Below are positions 1 through 12,625 of a stretch of DNA of 64,000 nucleotides, piece by piece. Position numbers and translations under genes: made by a program. The DNA comes from Octopus vulgaris (taxonomy: Eukaryota), in assembly GCA_951406725.2 (NCBI GenBank), contig OX597826.1, forward strand, positions 35,774,001 through 35,838,000, written 5' to 3'. The notes under the pieces were generated by a model. That model did no database searches. It saw only the letters and a list, made by a program, of their open reading frames with translations, and was not told the DNA's origin. Position 1 is the stretch's first letter, and every line of letters starts with the position of its first letter.

Positions 1-44
1 AAGCTATTTACCACACAACCACTCCAGCGCCTCTATGAAAAAAA

Positions 45-145
45 ATTGTTTAAATATTTTATGTATTGTAGAAACATAGTCAGTTTATTGCAGATAAACT
101 TTAACAACCCCTTAAGGGCCATATGGACCCTGTTGAGAACCACTG
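45..145 (-). mobile_element. hAT/Charlie-type MITE fragment (one end)
   Basis: Minus strand begins CAGTGGTTCTCAAC, a hAT/Charlie-type TIR. Its internal sequence (GTTAAAGTTTATCTGCAATAAACTGACTATGTTTCTACAA) matches 36318-36360. Confidence 0.65.
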
Positions 146-651
146 ATTCACTCCATCCATCACACAATATCTCCAACCAAATGCAGTATCATTTGGGAGA
201 CTGTTTCTGATCCCCAATTTCTAAAATGTTTAATTTATCTAATATCTGTTTCATCCTTCCATCTTGTCTGATGTTGTGGCTTGGTTTTCTGGCATAAATT
301 TCTGTAAGAGCAAAACTGTGTTCACCTCTATAGAAATACAGGCACCGTTGGCAGCCAAAAGTAACCAAGTTGTAGAACCATCGGATGTCAGTATCATAAA
401 ACACACCCAATGTCATAATGCATCACATTCCGCAAAGAATTAAACCAATTTCCTCCACAGACACATGTAACTCTCAAGTATTTCACAGCCTGCTTGGAAT
501 TTTATGAACGATGAGAATTATGATGAACCCATGTGTGTGTATATGTGCATATGTATACATACAAGATATATGTACACATATGTACCAATATATATAGGTA
601 TATGCTGTGTGTTTGTGTACATAGGCATATATGTATGTGAGCATATATATG

Positions 652-686
<35 letters not shown>

Positions 687-1084
687 ATGTGTGTGTGTGT
701 GTGTGTGCGTATGAGTGTGTGTGTGTGTATATATATACACACTTAGAATTCAATGTGGTATACTGGATATCCTGCTGACACTTTGAACAGCAACTAATCG
801 TCTGTCTTTATATATACGTACCTGCGGTTGTATATTGATATATAAAACTGTATGTATGTATATATATGTAAATGTGTGTGTGTGTATGATGTATATATGC
901 GTGTCTATTGATTTTTATGGGTTAAAAGATCTACAGAAATAGATAGAATTCTTCCTTAGGTGAATTTTTCCACTATTTTACACACATCCACACATAAACA
1001 CATACACACACACAAACACATATAAACACATGTATACGCACACACACATGCTAATCACTTTTTACGTATATCGTTCACCATTAC

Positions 1085-1122
1085 TATTGTTGTTGTTCTT
1101 TTCGTTGCTGTTGTTGTTGTTG

Positions 1123-1211
<89 letters not shown>

Positions 1212-1212
1212 G
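1085..1212. repeat. (TTG)n-(TTA)n compound microsatellite
   Basis: Directly visible; it produces the poly-Leu and poly-Ile ORFs. Confidence 0.95.
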
Positions 1213-1683
1213 CAAGAGTGAAGTATTCATTAGAACATAAATACAACATATTTCGGAACCAATGCTACAAATGTAACACAAAAGTAAATAGCAATGGTAG
1301 TGGTGAAGGTGATGATGATGATGATGATAACCTTAAATAGAAGAAAAGATGAATGAGGAGAAATAGGAGTAGGAGGAGAAAGAAAAGGACGAGAAGAAGA
1401 AGAAGAAGACTGAATGCAATCCAATAAGTTGATTTGTGTAATGAAAGAATCTATTTTTAGTTCTCAAGATAAAAGCTAAAAATATAAAAGTGAAGAAGAC
1501 GGAATCTGGTCCATTTTTATTGATACATTTTCTTCACCATTGGCCAATTCCATGTCTTTTATTATGGTAAATGTAAAAGTAGATGAAGACATGTGACTGT
1601 GAAAAGGTAGCAACCGTTATCATTGCAGTAGATGGTGGTGGTGGTGGTGGTGGTAGTGGTGGATTAGGTTGCTGCTACTGCTG

Positions 1684-1714
<31 letters not shown>

Positions 1715-2121
1715 TGATGACGATGATAGTGATGATAATGAAGTTGTCTGTCAAGGTTATAAGAGAAATTAAAACGACGATTATAATGTTTGTTGATTAT
1801 GATTTTAGCAGAAAAGATGGTGGTGATGATGATGGTGGTGACAACAATAATGACAATGTAGAGGAATATTATGATATCATAGCTATGATAATAAAACAAC
1901 AAATCGATACGAAGGCGACAGTATGTGATTCATTTTTCTTGTGGTTTTAAATTCAATGCCCTGTGGTCTGGGTTCAAAACTACCCAAGACAATTCTGCCT
2001 CTCATCCTTTCAGAGGCTGGTAAATACTTGTTTTTGATGGTGAATTGAATGAACAATACCAACATATACACACTCACTTATATATGTATAAGCATGTATA
2101 AGTACTTGTATGTCTATAAGT

Positions 2122-2555
2122 ATCATCATCATCATTATCGTTTAATGTCTGTTTTCCATGCTGGCATGGGTTGGACAGTTTGACTGAGGACTGGCAAGCC
2201 AGGAGGCTGCACCAGGCTCCAATCTGATCTGGCAAAGGTTTCCATAGCTGGATTCCCTTCCTAATGCCAACTACTCTGAGAGTGTAGTTGTTCCTTTTTA
2301 CATGCCACAAACACAAGGGCCAGTCAACCGGTACTGGTATTGACCACACTCAAATGGTGCTTTTTATGTGCCACCGGCATAGGAGCCAGGCAGGCGGTAC
2401 AGGCATTGGCCATGACAATAATTTCACTTGACACTTCAGGTCTTCGCAAGCACAGTTTATTGCCCAATGATTGAAGGGTACTCTTCTTAAATGGGCTAGT
2501 TATGCTGCACTGGCTTAGGCCATGGTTATGGTCTCACTTGGCTTGCTGGGTCTTT
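2122..2555 (-). mobile_element. RTE 3' UTR-derived repeat (5'-truncated RTE or RTE-tailed SINE)
   Basis: Reverse complement matches the 3' UTR of the RTE at 56915-58680 (GTTGGCATTAGGAAGGG...CCAACCCATGCCAGCATGGAAAACAGACATTAAACGAT) with a (GAT)n tail. Confidence 0.85.
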
Positions 2556-2569
2556 ATGTGTATTTATCT

Positions 2570-2952
2570 CTTGGTTGTCTGTAAACCTTGCAACTTACCT
2601 GACCCATTAGAATTAGTGCTTTTGGTCCTCTGTGATCACATCATTCTCTCCAATCCATTCCTGAATTATCTAATTTCAACTGTGCTCTTCAAACGATATT
2701 TCTGGCATGGATCTTTCCATGGACCATTTGCATTGTAACCAATCAAAGTTCTATCCTGTCTGTAGTTGCCCACATCTCACCTACATATAAGAGCGCAGGT
2801 GGGATGCTGCTACTGAACAGTCTGGCTCATATGGCATTATCTAGCTTTGTTTGGAGCACATCCTTTGTTAAATTAAATTTCCCCCCCCCCCATCCTACCC
2901 TTATTCTCTTTGAGATTTCAGCATCCACATCTCGGTGAATATTCACTGGGAT
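2570..2952 (-). mobile_element. decayed RTE-clade LINE, post-RT region
   Basis: Minus-strand translation across stops and frameshifts: DAEISKRIRVGW...ARLFSSSIPPALLYVGEMWATT, resembling the RTE motif EI.RRI..GW...P.LLYG.ETW. Confidence 0.65.
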
Positions 2953-2954
2953 AT

Positions 2955-3330
2955 TCTTTTATTCTTTTACTTGTTTCTGTTATTTGACTGTGGCCATGCT
3001 GAAGCACTGCTTTTAGTCGAACAAATTGACCCTAGGACTTTATTGTTTGTAAGCCTAGTGCTTATTTTATCGGTCTCTTTTGCCAAACTGCTAAGTTATG
3101 GAGATGTAAGCACACCAACAGTTGCCAAGTAATGCTGGGGAGACAGACACAGAAACTTATACACACACAGACACACACACACACACATATATATATATAC
3201 GGCAGGCTTCTTTCAGTCTCTGTCTACCAAATCCACTTACAAGGCTTTAGTTGGCCTGAGGCTATAGTAAAAGACACTTGCCCAAGGTGTCACACAGTGG
3301 GACTGAACCTGAAACCATATGGCTGGTATC
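2955..3330 (-). mobile_element. tRNA-derived SINE, family A (CORE-like CCTTGGGCAAGT, internal microsatellite)
   Basis: Reverse complement aligns with the copies at 8616-8985, 28972-29375 and 56541-56900. Confidence 0.85.
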
Positions 3331-3559
3331 CATAAGTTTCTTGTGGAGGCACGTCGCTTAGTGGTTAAGAGTGTTACACTCATGATCATAGGATTGTGGG
3401 TTCAATTCCTAGATTGAGCAATATGACGAGTGTGTATATTTTGGTTTGAGTGCAGATGAAATAATGAAATACCAAGCATAAATCTATAATTGTATTGAAA
3501 CACATACAAATATGCATATGTATATTTGTTTATATGAGAAGTGGGTCTTGTAAACCTCT

Positions 3560-3700
3560 TGGCTTTAAGGGCATCAGGAAAGATCTGGCTGGAGGTCCAA
3601 TCTTCCAAATTCTTTTACAGAGCGTAGAAAATCCAAAGGAGTATTGCAATAAGTATGTGAACCTGAGAGGGGAATATGTTTTAAAATCATATTAATATTA
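3560..3700 (+). mobile_element. mariner transposase C-terminal remnant
   Basis: Reads WLEVQSSKFF then, after a frameshift, VENPKEYCNKYVNLRGEYV, resembling the mariner terminus (W..C....G.YVE). Confidence 0.5.
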
Positions 3701-4550
3701 CTAAATGTCTGGAGATGTTTGCATGTATCCGAAATATCTCAGAAATAGTATTTGGACCTCTATTAATGAAAACTATTTAACATAATTTCTTTTTATTTCT
3801 TGAGGAAAAATAACATAGCTTCTGTGACATCAACACACATACACACATATAATAAATGTCATGGATTGTCAATTAACACAAACACACGTCCACCATATGT
3901 GACACATACATGCACATAGTCTTCATGTTCTCTATGAAAAAAAATATTGACTTTTTGACATACAATATTTTAATCATTTGGAAAAATTTTTAACTGAATG
4001 GGATTTCAAAATGTAAGTTGTTTGAATAGTAAGTATTTATATTTTAGCTTTCTTTAAACAGATAGTATTTTAATGTTTTATTTCAATTATTTTCAAGTGA
4101 ATGGCAATATTTTGCTTGTCATTCGGAGTTCGTTAATTTCCGTAATAAAATTTTTATTTATTTACATTTGTTTTAAAGTGAAAGAGAGGATAATTTGAAA
4201 GATGTATGTACATGCATATGAAATGGATTTGTGTGTGTGAAAGAGAAAGAGACAGAAAGAAAGAGAGAAAAGAGAGAGTGAGAAAGAGAGAGAGTGAATG
4301 AAGGTGTGTTGTCATGTATACATACATACATCAATACATATAAGCACATCTTTTTTGTATGTACGTGTGCATGCGTTTGTGAGAGTGAGAGAGAGAGTAT
4401 GTGAGTGAATGTGTGTGTTCTCATGTATGTGTAAGTGGCACTCTCTCTCTCTCACACACACATATATTTCATATACATGTTCATACATCTTTCACTTTCT
4501 TCTCTCCTTCTCTTTAAAACAAAAGTAATTGTGGAAGAATTTGTGGTGTG

Positions 4551-4625
4551 GGTAGTTTAGCTTAATGTTTCAGAGCACCATGATGCGTAATCATGGAGGT
4601 GTGAGTTCGAGTCTCATAGCCAGCT
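4551..4625 (+). pseudogene. tRNA-like sequence (anticodon CGT, Thr-like), probably a pseudogene
   Basis: A-box-like TAGCTTAATGT; anticodon stem CCATGA/TCATGG with 7-nt loop TGCGTAA; T-arm GTGAG-TTCGAGT-CTCAT; T-run from 4634. The acceptor stem has two mismatches and position 33 is G rather than U. Confidence 0.65.
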
Positions 4626-5359
4626 TCCAGCACTTTTTTCTGCAAAATAGGGGTAGCTTGTCTTGTTCAGGCTATATTATTAGCATTATCCTGTGTTTGA
4701 GAATTTAAAATCACTTCTTTAACTTTCTTAGACATCTCAACACTTCTAAAGCAAACTTTGTTTACATTCTTTATAATTTGAATTTAGATAAATAATCTTT
4801 TACAGAAATTAACAAACAAAACCAGCTGATCCAGATGACACGTTTGAGAGCCAAAATGAAAGATCACCCCAAGGGAATTTCATTAAAAAAATTTCTTGGA
4901 GTGCATTTAACTTATCTCAGCTCTAAACATTTGGCTGCTGTCTCTAGCATACCCTGCTACCACATAACAGCTATTTGTGATAAAGGACCCAAAATACCTG
5001 TTACATTGCAGGATGTGCAAGAAATAGCAGCCAGATATTTCCTTTCTGGTGAAAGGAGCTGTTTACATGTGATTTCGATGTCACATGCTTTGAAGCTAAG
5101 AACCTCGAAAAGAAAAAAAAAACCATGAAACAAAACTCCATTGCTGGGAAACTTAGACTTTTCAAATGACCCAGGGGGTCATTGGTAGTCTAATAATCAA
5201 CTGATCCTCCTGTATTTTCATTTACCCAAAGCCAGGAACTTTTGAGCACCCCCTTTAGCTATATATATGTGTATGTATATATATATGTATGTGTGTGTGT
5301 GTGTGTGCGTATGTGTGTGTGTGTGTATGTGGGTGTATATATATATATATATATATATG

Positions 5360-5648
5360 GGCCTTATGGAGGCAATGACCAAGAGCTTTGGGATTATATT
5401 ATGATTGAGAAGAAGACCCATCAAGCCAAGCAAAATCACAGTCGTGGCAAATACCAGTGTCATGCAAATGCCACCCGTGTCGGTGGCACATAAAAGTACC
5501 CATTACAGTCTCAGTGATTGACATTAGGAAGGGCATGCAGCTGTAGAAAACCATGCCAAATTAGACTGGATCCTGGCGCAGCCTGCCAGCCCAGTCAAAC
5601 CGTCTAACCCATGGCAGCATGGACAATGGATGTTAAATGATGATGATA

Positions 5649-5650
<2 letters not shown>
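5360..5650 (+). mobile_element. RTE 3' UTR-derived repeat
   Basis: ATTAGGAAGGGCATGCAGCTGTAGAAAAC...GTTAAATGATGATGAT, flanked by (TA)n. Confidence 0.85.
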
Positions 5651-5691
<41 letters not shown>

Positions 5692-5785
5692 TGTGTGTGT
5701 ATATATAGATATATATGTATTACTATGTATGCATATACACATGTGTAATTATGCTTATATATATATGGGTGTGTGTATGTATATA

Positions 5786-6123
5786 CAGGGTGTTCCAAAA
5801 GTCAATGATAGGTTTCAATTTTTAATAACTTCCTTAACTTTACAAATAACTGAATGAAATGTTGATACACTATAAAGAACATAATGGAAATTAATATGCA
5901 TAAGTCAAATTTTGCAACACCATATCACATATGAAAAATGACTTTGCTTCAATGGCAGCCATTTTCAGCTTCACACACCCATGCACTTTCCAAAACTTGT
6001 ACCATAACACCCTTTAGAATTTCAGACCCCACTTCTCTGATTTCTCTATTGATATTCTCCTTCAGTTGCATCAGGGTCTCTGGTTTGTTGACATAAACAC
6101 CATCTTTCAGGTATCCTCACAAG
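5786..6123 (-). mobile_element. Tc1/mariner-superfamily transposon, 3' end with TIR
   Basis: TA|CAGGGTGTTCCAAAAG terminus. Minus strand encodes GYLKDGVYVNKPETLMQLKENINREIREV...CEAENGCH, a typical transposase C-terminus. Confidence 0.8.
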
Positions 6124-6194
6124 AAGATAACCATTACTATCTCGTCTTCATTCAACCTCATTTTTTTCCAGTTGTATGCCATGTTGGACCACTG

Positions 6195-6359
6195 AACTCT
6201 ACAGTTTTTTCTCTGTTTTTTTCTCTCTTATTCCTTTCTGCCAAAGAATGCAGTGTTGAAAAGTAAAAGACTTTTCCATTTTTCCAGAGCATCAAACTAA
6301 TACACCTGCTTGTGGTTCCTACACCTATCTTCATCTTTGGTTTTTCTGTAAATTTGAAC

Positions 6360-6360
<1 letters not shown>
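6195..6360 (+). mobile_element. short hammerhead-bearing repeat, decayed copy (same family as 22305-22488 and 63488-63640)
   Basis: Matches the reverse complement of 22305-22488; decayed motif at 6234-6269; 3' end abuts (TA)n. Confidence 0.7.
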
Positions 6361-6414
<54 letters not shown>

Positions 6415-7670
6415 ATATAATATAATATAATATAATATAATATAATATAATATAAAAGGATAAAATTGTTAAAAATTTTATCTGAAACCAGCATATAAAA
6501 AAAAAAGACCCATTAAGGTGAAATTCTAAATACAATTATAAATAAATGCATAGAAAAATTTTTTTCATTGCCTGTATGCTGAAAAGAGATGCCTAATCAT
6601 TGAACCATGTTAAATATTATCACTATTATTATTATGCACATGTCGAAATGAGGAAGCAAGTTAACAGAAATTCATGAAATTGAGTTATTTCTGGATTGGA
6701 CCAATTTCTGGATTAACCTAAAAGGTTCGACTATTTAACGTCTCTTTTCCGCATATAGGCAAAGAAAATTTTTTCCTATGCCCTTATTTATAATTTATAT
6801 ATATGTGTGTGTATGTATGTATATGTGTATGAATGTATATGTGTATGTATGTATATGTGTATGTATGTGTGTATGTATTATATATGTATATATCCATGTA
6901 TGTATGTATGTATATATATGTATGTATGTATGTATAAGTATTTATGTATGTATATATATATGTATGTATATATATATGTGTGTATGTATAAGGATGTGTG
7001 AGAAGGAACAAAGGCACATCCAGAATTACAGGATGTCTTGAAAGAGTGGAGTGTGGTATGATGGGTTTCATTCTGTGAATAATTGAAAAGAAGTATTTAG
7101 TTAAATTAGAACGCAATTTCCTCAAATGTCTATTTTAATTTTCAGCATTGAGGTGGTACATCATAAAGGAACAGTTTCTTTTCTCTGCTGTCTGCTATAA
7201 GAATTTACCAATAATGGAACCTAAGAAACCTATTCCATGCATAGAATCCTTCCAAACGTTCTTCCCTGCAGCTACTTCCATTTTGATTCTTTATCTTTTT
7301 AGATTCATGCTATTCACAAATATGATTTCATTTGAAATGTCACAGTAACTGAGTGTATATGATTGGTGGTCCAGCAGATAAATACACTGATGATATAAAT
7401 GTTGCAGAGATTGGAAGTTCAAACCTTACATTTAGAAATCTCCATGTATTTCTGTGCAAAAATCTCTATTATTCTACATTGCTTCAGTTCGTCAATATAT
7501 TACTGGTTGTGGCATATGAATGTTTAGTATGATACCATTGGTTTCACACTGAATGCTTCTTTTACACAATTCTTAATTGTTCTGTTATGTGTATTGAGTG
7601 TGATTGTGTTTCTGATATCTAACTTATGGACAACAATGCAACAATATCATAAATACATACATATATATAA

Positions 7671-7748
<78 letters not shown>

Positions 7749-7800
7749 CTCGGTGATCAGATGAGAACCGGTGCTTTCAACGTAATATATATATATATAT

Positions 7801-7910
7801 ATATTACGTTGAAAGCACCGGTTCTCATCTGATCACCGAAGTTAAGCAACGTCGAGCCTAGTCAGTACTTAGATGGGTGACAGCTTGGGAAACCTAGGTG
7901 CAGTAAGCAT
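7801..7910 (+). pseudogene. 5S rRNA copy lacking about 10 nt at the 5' end
   Basis: ACGTTGAAAGCACCGGTTCTCATCTGATCACCGAAGTTAAGCAACGTCGAGCCTAGTCAGTACTTAGATGGGTGACAGCTTGGGAAACCTAGGTGCAGTAAGC is recognisable metazoan 5S with A- and C-box regions. No T-run terminator follows. Confidence 0.92.
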
Positions 7911-7918
7911 AGCACATT

Positions 7919-8063
7919 GTTGGCGTTAGGAAGAGCATCCAGCCGTAGAAACATTGCCAGATCAGACTGGGCCTGGTGCAGCCTTCTGGCTTCCCAGACC
8001 CCAGTTGAACCGTCCAACCCATGCTAGCATGGAGAACGGACGTTAAACGATGATGATGATGAT
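7919..8063 (+). mobile_element. RTE 3' tail joined to the 5S copy
   Basis: GTTGGCGTTAGGAAGAGCATCCAGC...GGACGTTAAACGATGATGATGAT, highly similar to 58517-58680. Confidence 0.9.
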
Positions 8064-8264
8064 ATAAAGAATGAGGAGAAAATGGGGAGGTAATTAATAA
8101 TAAAGTATCATTTATTAATTATAAAATATAAAATCTGACAGCTGTTTTGATTCAGTAATCTTTAGATAATTAATTTATAAAATTAACCAATATTTTCATT
8201 GGATTTTATTATCCCTTAATGAGGGATAATACTTTACTTGAATATGCATACACACGCATATGCA

Positions 8265-8505
8265 GCTGCCCACTATGAAGCTAAAGATCAGAGAAATCTG
8301 CAGTTGTTCTATCCCGATTACATGTTCAGGTTTATACCTGTAATTATTGAAGCACTGAGGTATGTAACACACTGCCTACATACCAATCTTGAGAAATTAG
8401 ATTTCTCTCAACCAGAAAAGAGAAAGCTGATTTCAACACTACAAATCCAAGTCATCAGTGGAACTGTAAAAATCTGTAATACTTTCCAGAAGTTTATCAT
8501 TTAAA
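8265..8505 (+). mobile_element. restriction-like-endonuclease LINE (R4/Dong-like), C-terminal remnant
   Basis: RNLQLFYPDYMFRFIPVIIEALRYV...LQIQVISGTVKICNTF* resembles the terminal IPVIIGALG...LQ motif of REL-type LINEs. Confidence 0.6.
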
Positions 8506-8615
8506 TATATATGAGCAAGTATATTTATGTATATATGCAAGTATATGCATGAGAACACATACATAAAAGAAAACATACAAATCTGCACATATACATAAAT
8601 ACATACATATATATA

Positions 8616-8985
8616 GGCACAAGAGTGTCTGTGTGGTCAGTAGCTTGCTTACCAATTACATGGATCTGGGTTCAGTCCTACTGTGTGGCACCTTGGGCAA
8701 GTGTCTTCTACTATAGCTTCAGGTTGAGTGGATTTGGTAAGCGGAAACTGAAAGAAGCCCATCGTATATATATATGTGTGTGTGTGTGTTTGTTCCCCCA
8801 CCATCACTTTACCACTGATGCTGGTGTGTTTACATCCCTGTAACTTAGTGGCTCGTCAAAAGAGACCGATAGAATAAGTACTAGACTTACTAAGAACAAA
8901 TTCTGGGGTCAAATTGTTCAGCTAAAGGCGGTGCACTAGCATGGCCACAGTGAAATAACTGAAACAAATAAAAGAAAAGAATAAA
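8616..8985 (+). mobile_element. tRNA-derived SINE, family A
   Basis: GGTTCAGTCC B-box-like motif, GTGGCACCTTGGGCAAGTGTCTTCTACTATAGC, internal (TA)(TG)n, A-rich tail. Confidence 0.88.
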
Positions 8986-10595
8986 TGCTCAAAAAATATC
9001 CTATTGAACTGAAATTCCAAAGAAGGAGCCTTGGATCTAGGTTAGAAACCAGCTCTTAATTTGCAAGAAATCTTGAAATAAACTGAATGTTGACATACAT
9101 ACATAATACATACATACATATGCGTGTGTGCACGTATGCCTCTCTGTGTGTGTGTATGTATACACACACATAAAAAGAGGCAGCTTTTCTCCAAAAGTCA
9201 ACTTAAATGTTCTTTATAGCAAGAAGTTATTAATATTGACCAGAATCATCATAATCGCTTACAGAAATTTCATAAGAATCATCGCACCCAACTCTAACAT
9301 TAGCAAGAGTAGAATCACCTTTGGTAAACCAGGTGCAGAGAACTAATTGAAACCTTAGACAAGGAAGACTGCTCTCTGGAACTTCTAAATACAGCTCATT
9401 TATGTCAATATAAATAAATATATACATGCATTAATACACATATATATATATTTATATACATACATGTATGTATAATAAATGCATGTATATACATATATAC
9501 GTTTGTGTGTTTATATGTGTGCGTGTGTATTATTTTATCTAAGAGATAAAAATATTGCGCCGAAGAAACTCATAGAGAAGATGGACGTAAGAAGCAAAAT
9601 ACTTAACACTCAAAAAAAGCATCTAGCAAAGCAAATATATTTGAATACTTCTGCAAGTATTTATACATTTTCAATGGAATCTATAAATTCTTCTGTTCTG
9701 TTATGAAAAGATTCCTTGCAAAGACTCAATTCCATTTGGTTGAAAATAACTCCTTTGTGCTTATAATGAGTGAAATGCGGAATCTTGATAGCATTCACTA
9801 AAAGTACCTACGATAACAGTTTGATACTTGCAAGTCATGTACACACATAGGATTCATGGTGTGTGAGAGAACAGAAGATCCTTCCATTCCAAAAGCATTT
9901 TCAGATTTTTCATTCTTTTATGTATTTTATTTCATTCCATTATATATATTTATTTTATTTTAGTTAATTGTATTTTTTTCCTTTTTTGGTGTGTTCCTTG
10001 TTCATTTTCTATTTAACACATTGTAGAAGCATAGGAGAATGCTCACTATTGCAATGAAAGTGCCAGAGAAAGCTAGCGTAGTCTTTTAGAAGGGAAATGT
10101 TAATTTTAACCTGACCCTGTAGTCATCCCAGATTCACAGACTGCAGGGTTACGTGGCAAAGAAAGTCTTTGCATTCATTCTTAGCCAAAACCGAATCAGA
10201 TTTACACATTTATAAAAAGCATTCTTTTATTGGGCCACATGATTCCCACAAACACATTCGCACAAACGCACAAACACTGACACAAACACACTCATGCAAA
10301 CACATACACACACACTCACGCAAACATAAATAATGCAACAAAAGTACTAAACACATAGAAATGCCTGCGTAAAACCAGAATAAATTTGCTTAACTAAAAG
10401 TGCTTAAAGTGGACTTCAGTATTGCTCTCTCCCACTGGTGGAGTGTGTTCAGTGTCAGAGCAGATACGGGATAAGCTTCATTACACAGTCATTATAATAG
10501 GCTTTACATTATTCACTATTGATTAACACTCATTGCAATAATTTCGCTTCCAGTTATTTCTCCAGAAAGAAGGAGGTCTATGGGGGTGTTTGGGT

Positions 10596-10630
<35 letters not shown>

Positions 10631-11427
10631 GTATTTGTATATGTAGTGTATGTATGCACCTATGTTGTGTATGTGTGTACTTGTATATGTGTTTGTATGT
10701 ATCTGTCTTGTGTGTGTATATGTGTATGTTGCATCAGCGTTGTGTTTTTGCTTGTAAATATGTTCCTGTATACATCTGTGCTCTGTGAGTGTGTGTGTAT
10801 ATGTGCTTATATATATATATACACATTTAAGTGCCAATCTGTGTTGTGTGTGGATAAAAGAACAGGTAATAGGAGTGAAAGGACAAAGGAGCGGGTGTGC
10901 AATTCAATGATAATAATAATAATAATAATGATGAGAAGAATGGTTTCAGATTTTGCCACAAGGGCAGCAATTTGGGGGAAAAGATGAGTTGATTACATCG
11001 ACCCCGAAAGGATGTAAAGTAAAGTCGACTTCAGCAGAATTTGAACTCAGAACATAGTGACAGGTGAAATGCATACATACACATGTCAATAGCATGACTA
11101 CCACTGCTACCATCACCACCACCATTACTTCTACAAGGTAATGGTGTATGAGGCAAGCTCTGCTTTTGTGATTGTTGCTGTTGTGTATTGCCACTTCCAA
11201 AGGCATTGTTTATGAGGAATTATGAAGAGAAATAAAAGAATATTCCTTATTTTACTTCGATTGTTTGCTTTCGATTTATGCATTGTTTTCATGGAGCCAG
11301 TAATCTTAATTATTATGTCACAAATTTCTAGTTCATAGGTTCACATTTTATTCTATATTCTCCCTACTTGGATATTTAACCCTATTCAGTACAAAAAAAA
11401 AAAGAATAATAATTATCGTATGTACCG

Positions 11428-11590
11428 CATCATCATCATCATCATCATCGACATCTAACATCTGTTGTTCATGCTGGCATGGGTTGGACAGTTTGGCAAG
11501 AACTGGCAAGGTCAAAGGCTACACTAGGTTCCTTAGGCTGTTTCGGCCTGGTTTCTACTGTTGGATGCCCTTTCTAATGCCAAAATTCTT
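11428..11590 (-). mobile_element. RTE 3' UTR-derived repeat
   Basis: (CAT)n followed by CATGCTGGCATGGGTTGGACAGTTTG...GGATGCCCTTTCTAATGCCAA. Confidence 0.8.
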
Positions 11591-12625
11591 CCACACTGTG
11601 CACACACCAGACAGATTCTGCCTACCAAGAAAGGGAGGAGGCAAAGGATTACAAAATGCAAAAGAATCTGATAGTAGTGCAGTATTGGGATTGGAAAGGT
11701 CTGTTGTGAAGAGTGAAGAAAGAATATTATCAACAACTAGAAATGTCCAAAAAGTTAAGAGAATTCAAGAAGAGAAGGAAGAACAACAGAGCATGCAGGA
11801 ATTGAATTACAAGGCCAATTCACGCAGCAAACTGAGGATGCTGGAAGTAAAGAATGATGGCTATAACTGTCAGATAGAAAACAAAACCAAGAGACTGGAG
11901 TACAAATTATAGCAACTCAACTGAAGGACAAGCCATTAGGATGAATCTGTTAGAGGCAAAGATTGACAAAACTCAATCAGACAGCAATTGTATAATCTAC
12001 AACAAAGAAGATGAAAGTGTCAATCATCTCCTCAGTGAGTGCAGTAAGCTAGCACAAAAAGAGTATACATGCAAATGTGACTGTGTAGGTAAAAGAGTGC
12101 ATTAGCTGAGTAAGTATCTTCAAAACAACATAAAAGTGGTATGAACATGAACCAGAGGCTGTGACAAAGAAGGAGAATTACAGGATCTTATGGAATTTAC
12201 CCATAAAGACTGATCATATTACTAAAGCAAAAAAAAAAAACAGACATGATTTAGAGGGCGAAGTAAACAAGATCCATATAAGATCCATAGGGTTTGCAAT
12301 TCCTTGCGACAGCTGAGTCAATACCAAAGAAATTGAAAGCATTCAAAAATATCAAGATCTAGCCAGAGAGCTGAGGAGACTGTGTAAGAGCAAGACAGCA
12401 ATTGTTCCTGTTGTAGTGGGTGCACAACACCCAAAATGCTGCCTAAAAGACTGAAAGAAAATGGAATGGAAACTCAGATTGTCTACATGCAGAAAAGTGT
12501 CATCTTATATTCTGGAAGAAGGATTCTTGAGATTTGAGGAGACTTGTCACCTAACCTAAAAGTAGCATTCCAGTTAGTTAAATTAGTATGTACTAACTTG
12601 ACACTAATAATAATAATAATAACAT
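11590..12625 (+). mobile_element. R4/Dong-clade LINE, 3' part (CCHC knuckle and REL endonuclease), decayed
   Basis: DRFCLPRKGGGKGL; KIDKTQSDSNC...ESVNHLLSECSKLAQKEY; WYEHEPEAV; KYQDLARELRRL...IVPVVVGA; (TAA)n tail at about 12605-12620. Confidence 0.88.

Noticed and set aside
10112-10151. miR-10-like hairpin (ACCCTGTAG)
   Set aside because: Only 9 nt match and the 13-bp stem is too short for a pre-miRNA.
10420-10512. H/ACA snoRNA-like double hairpin
   Set aside because: The hairpins are too short and the only H-box candidate lies inside a stem.
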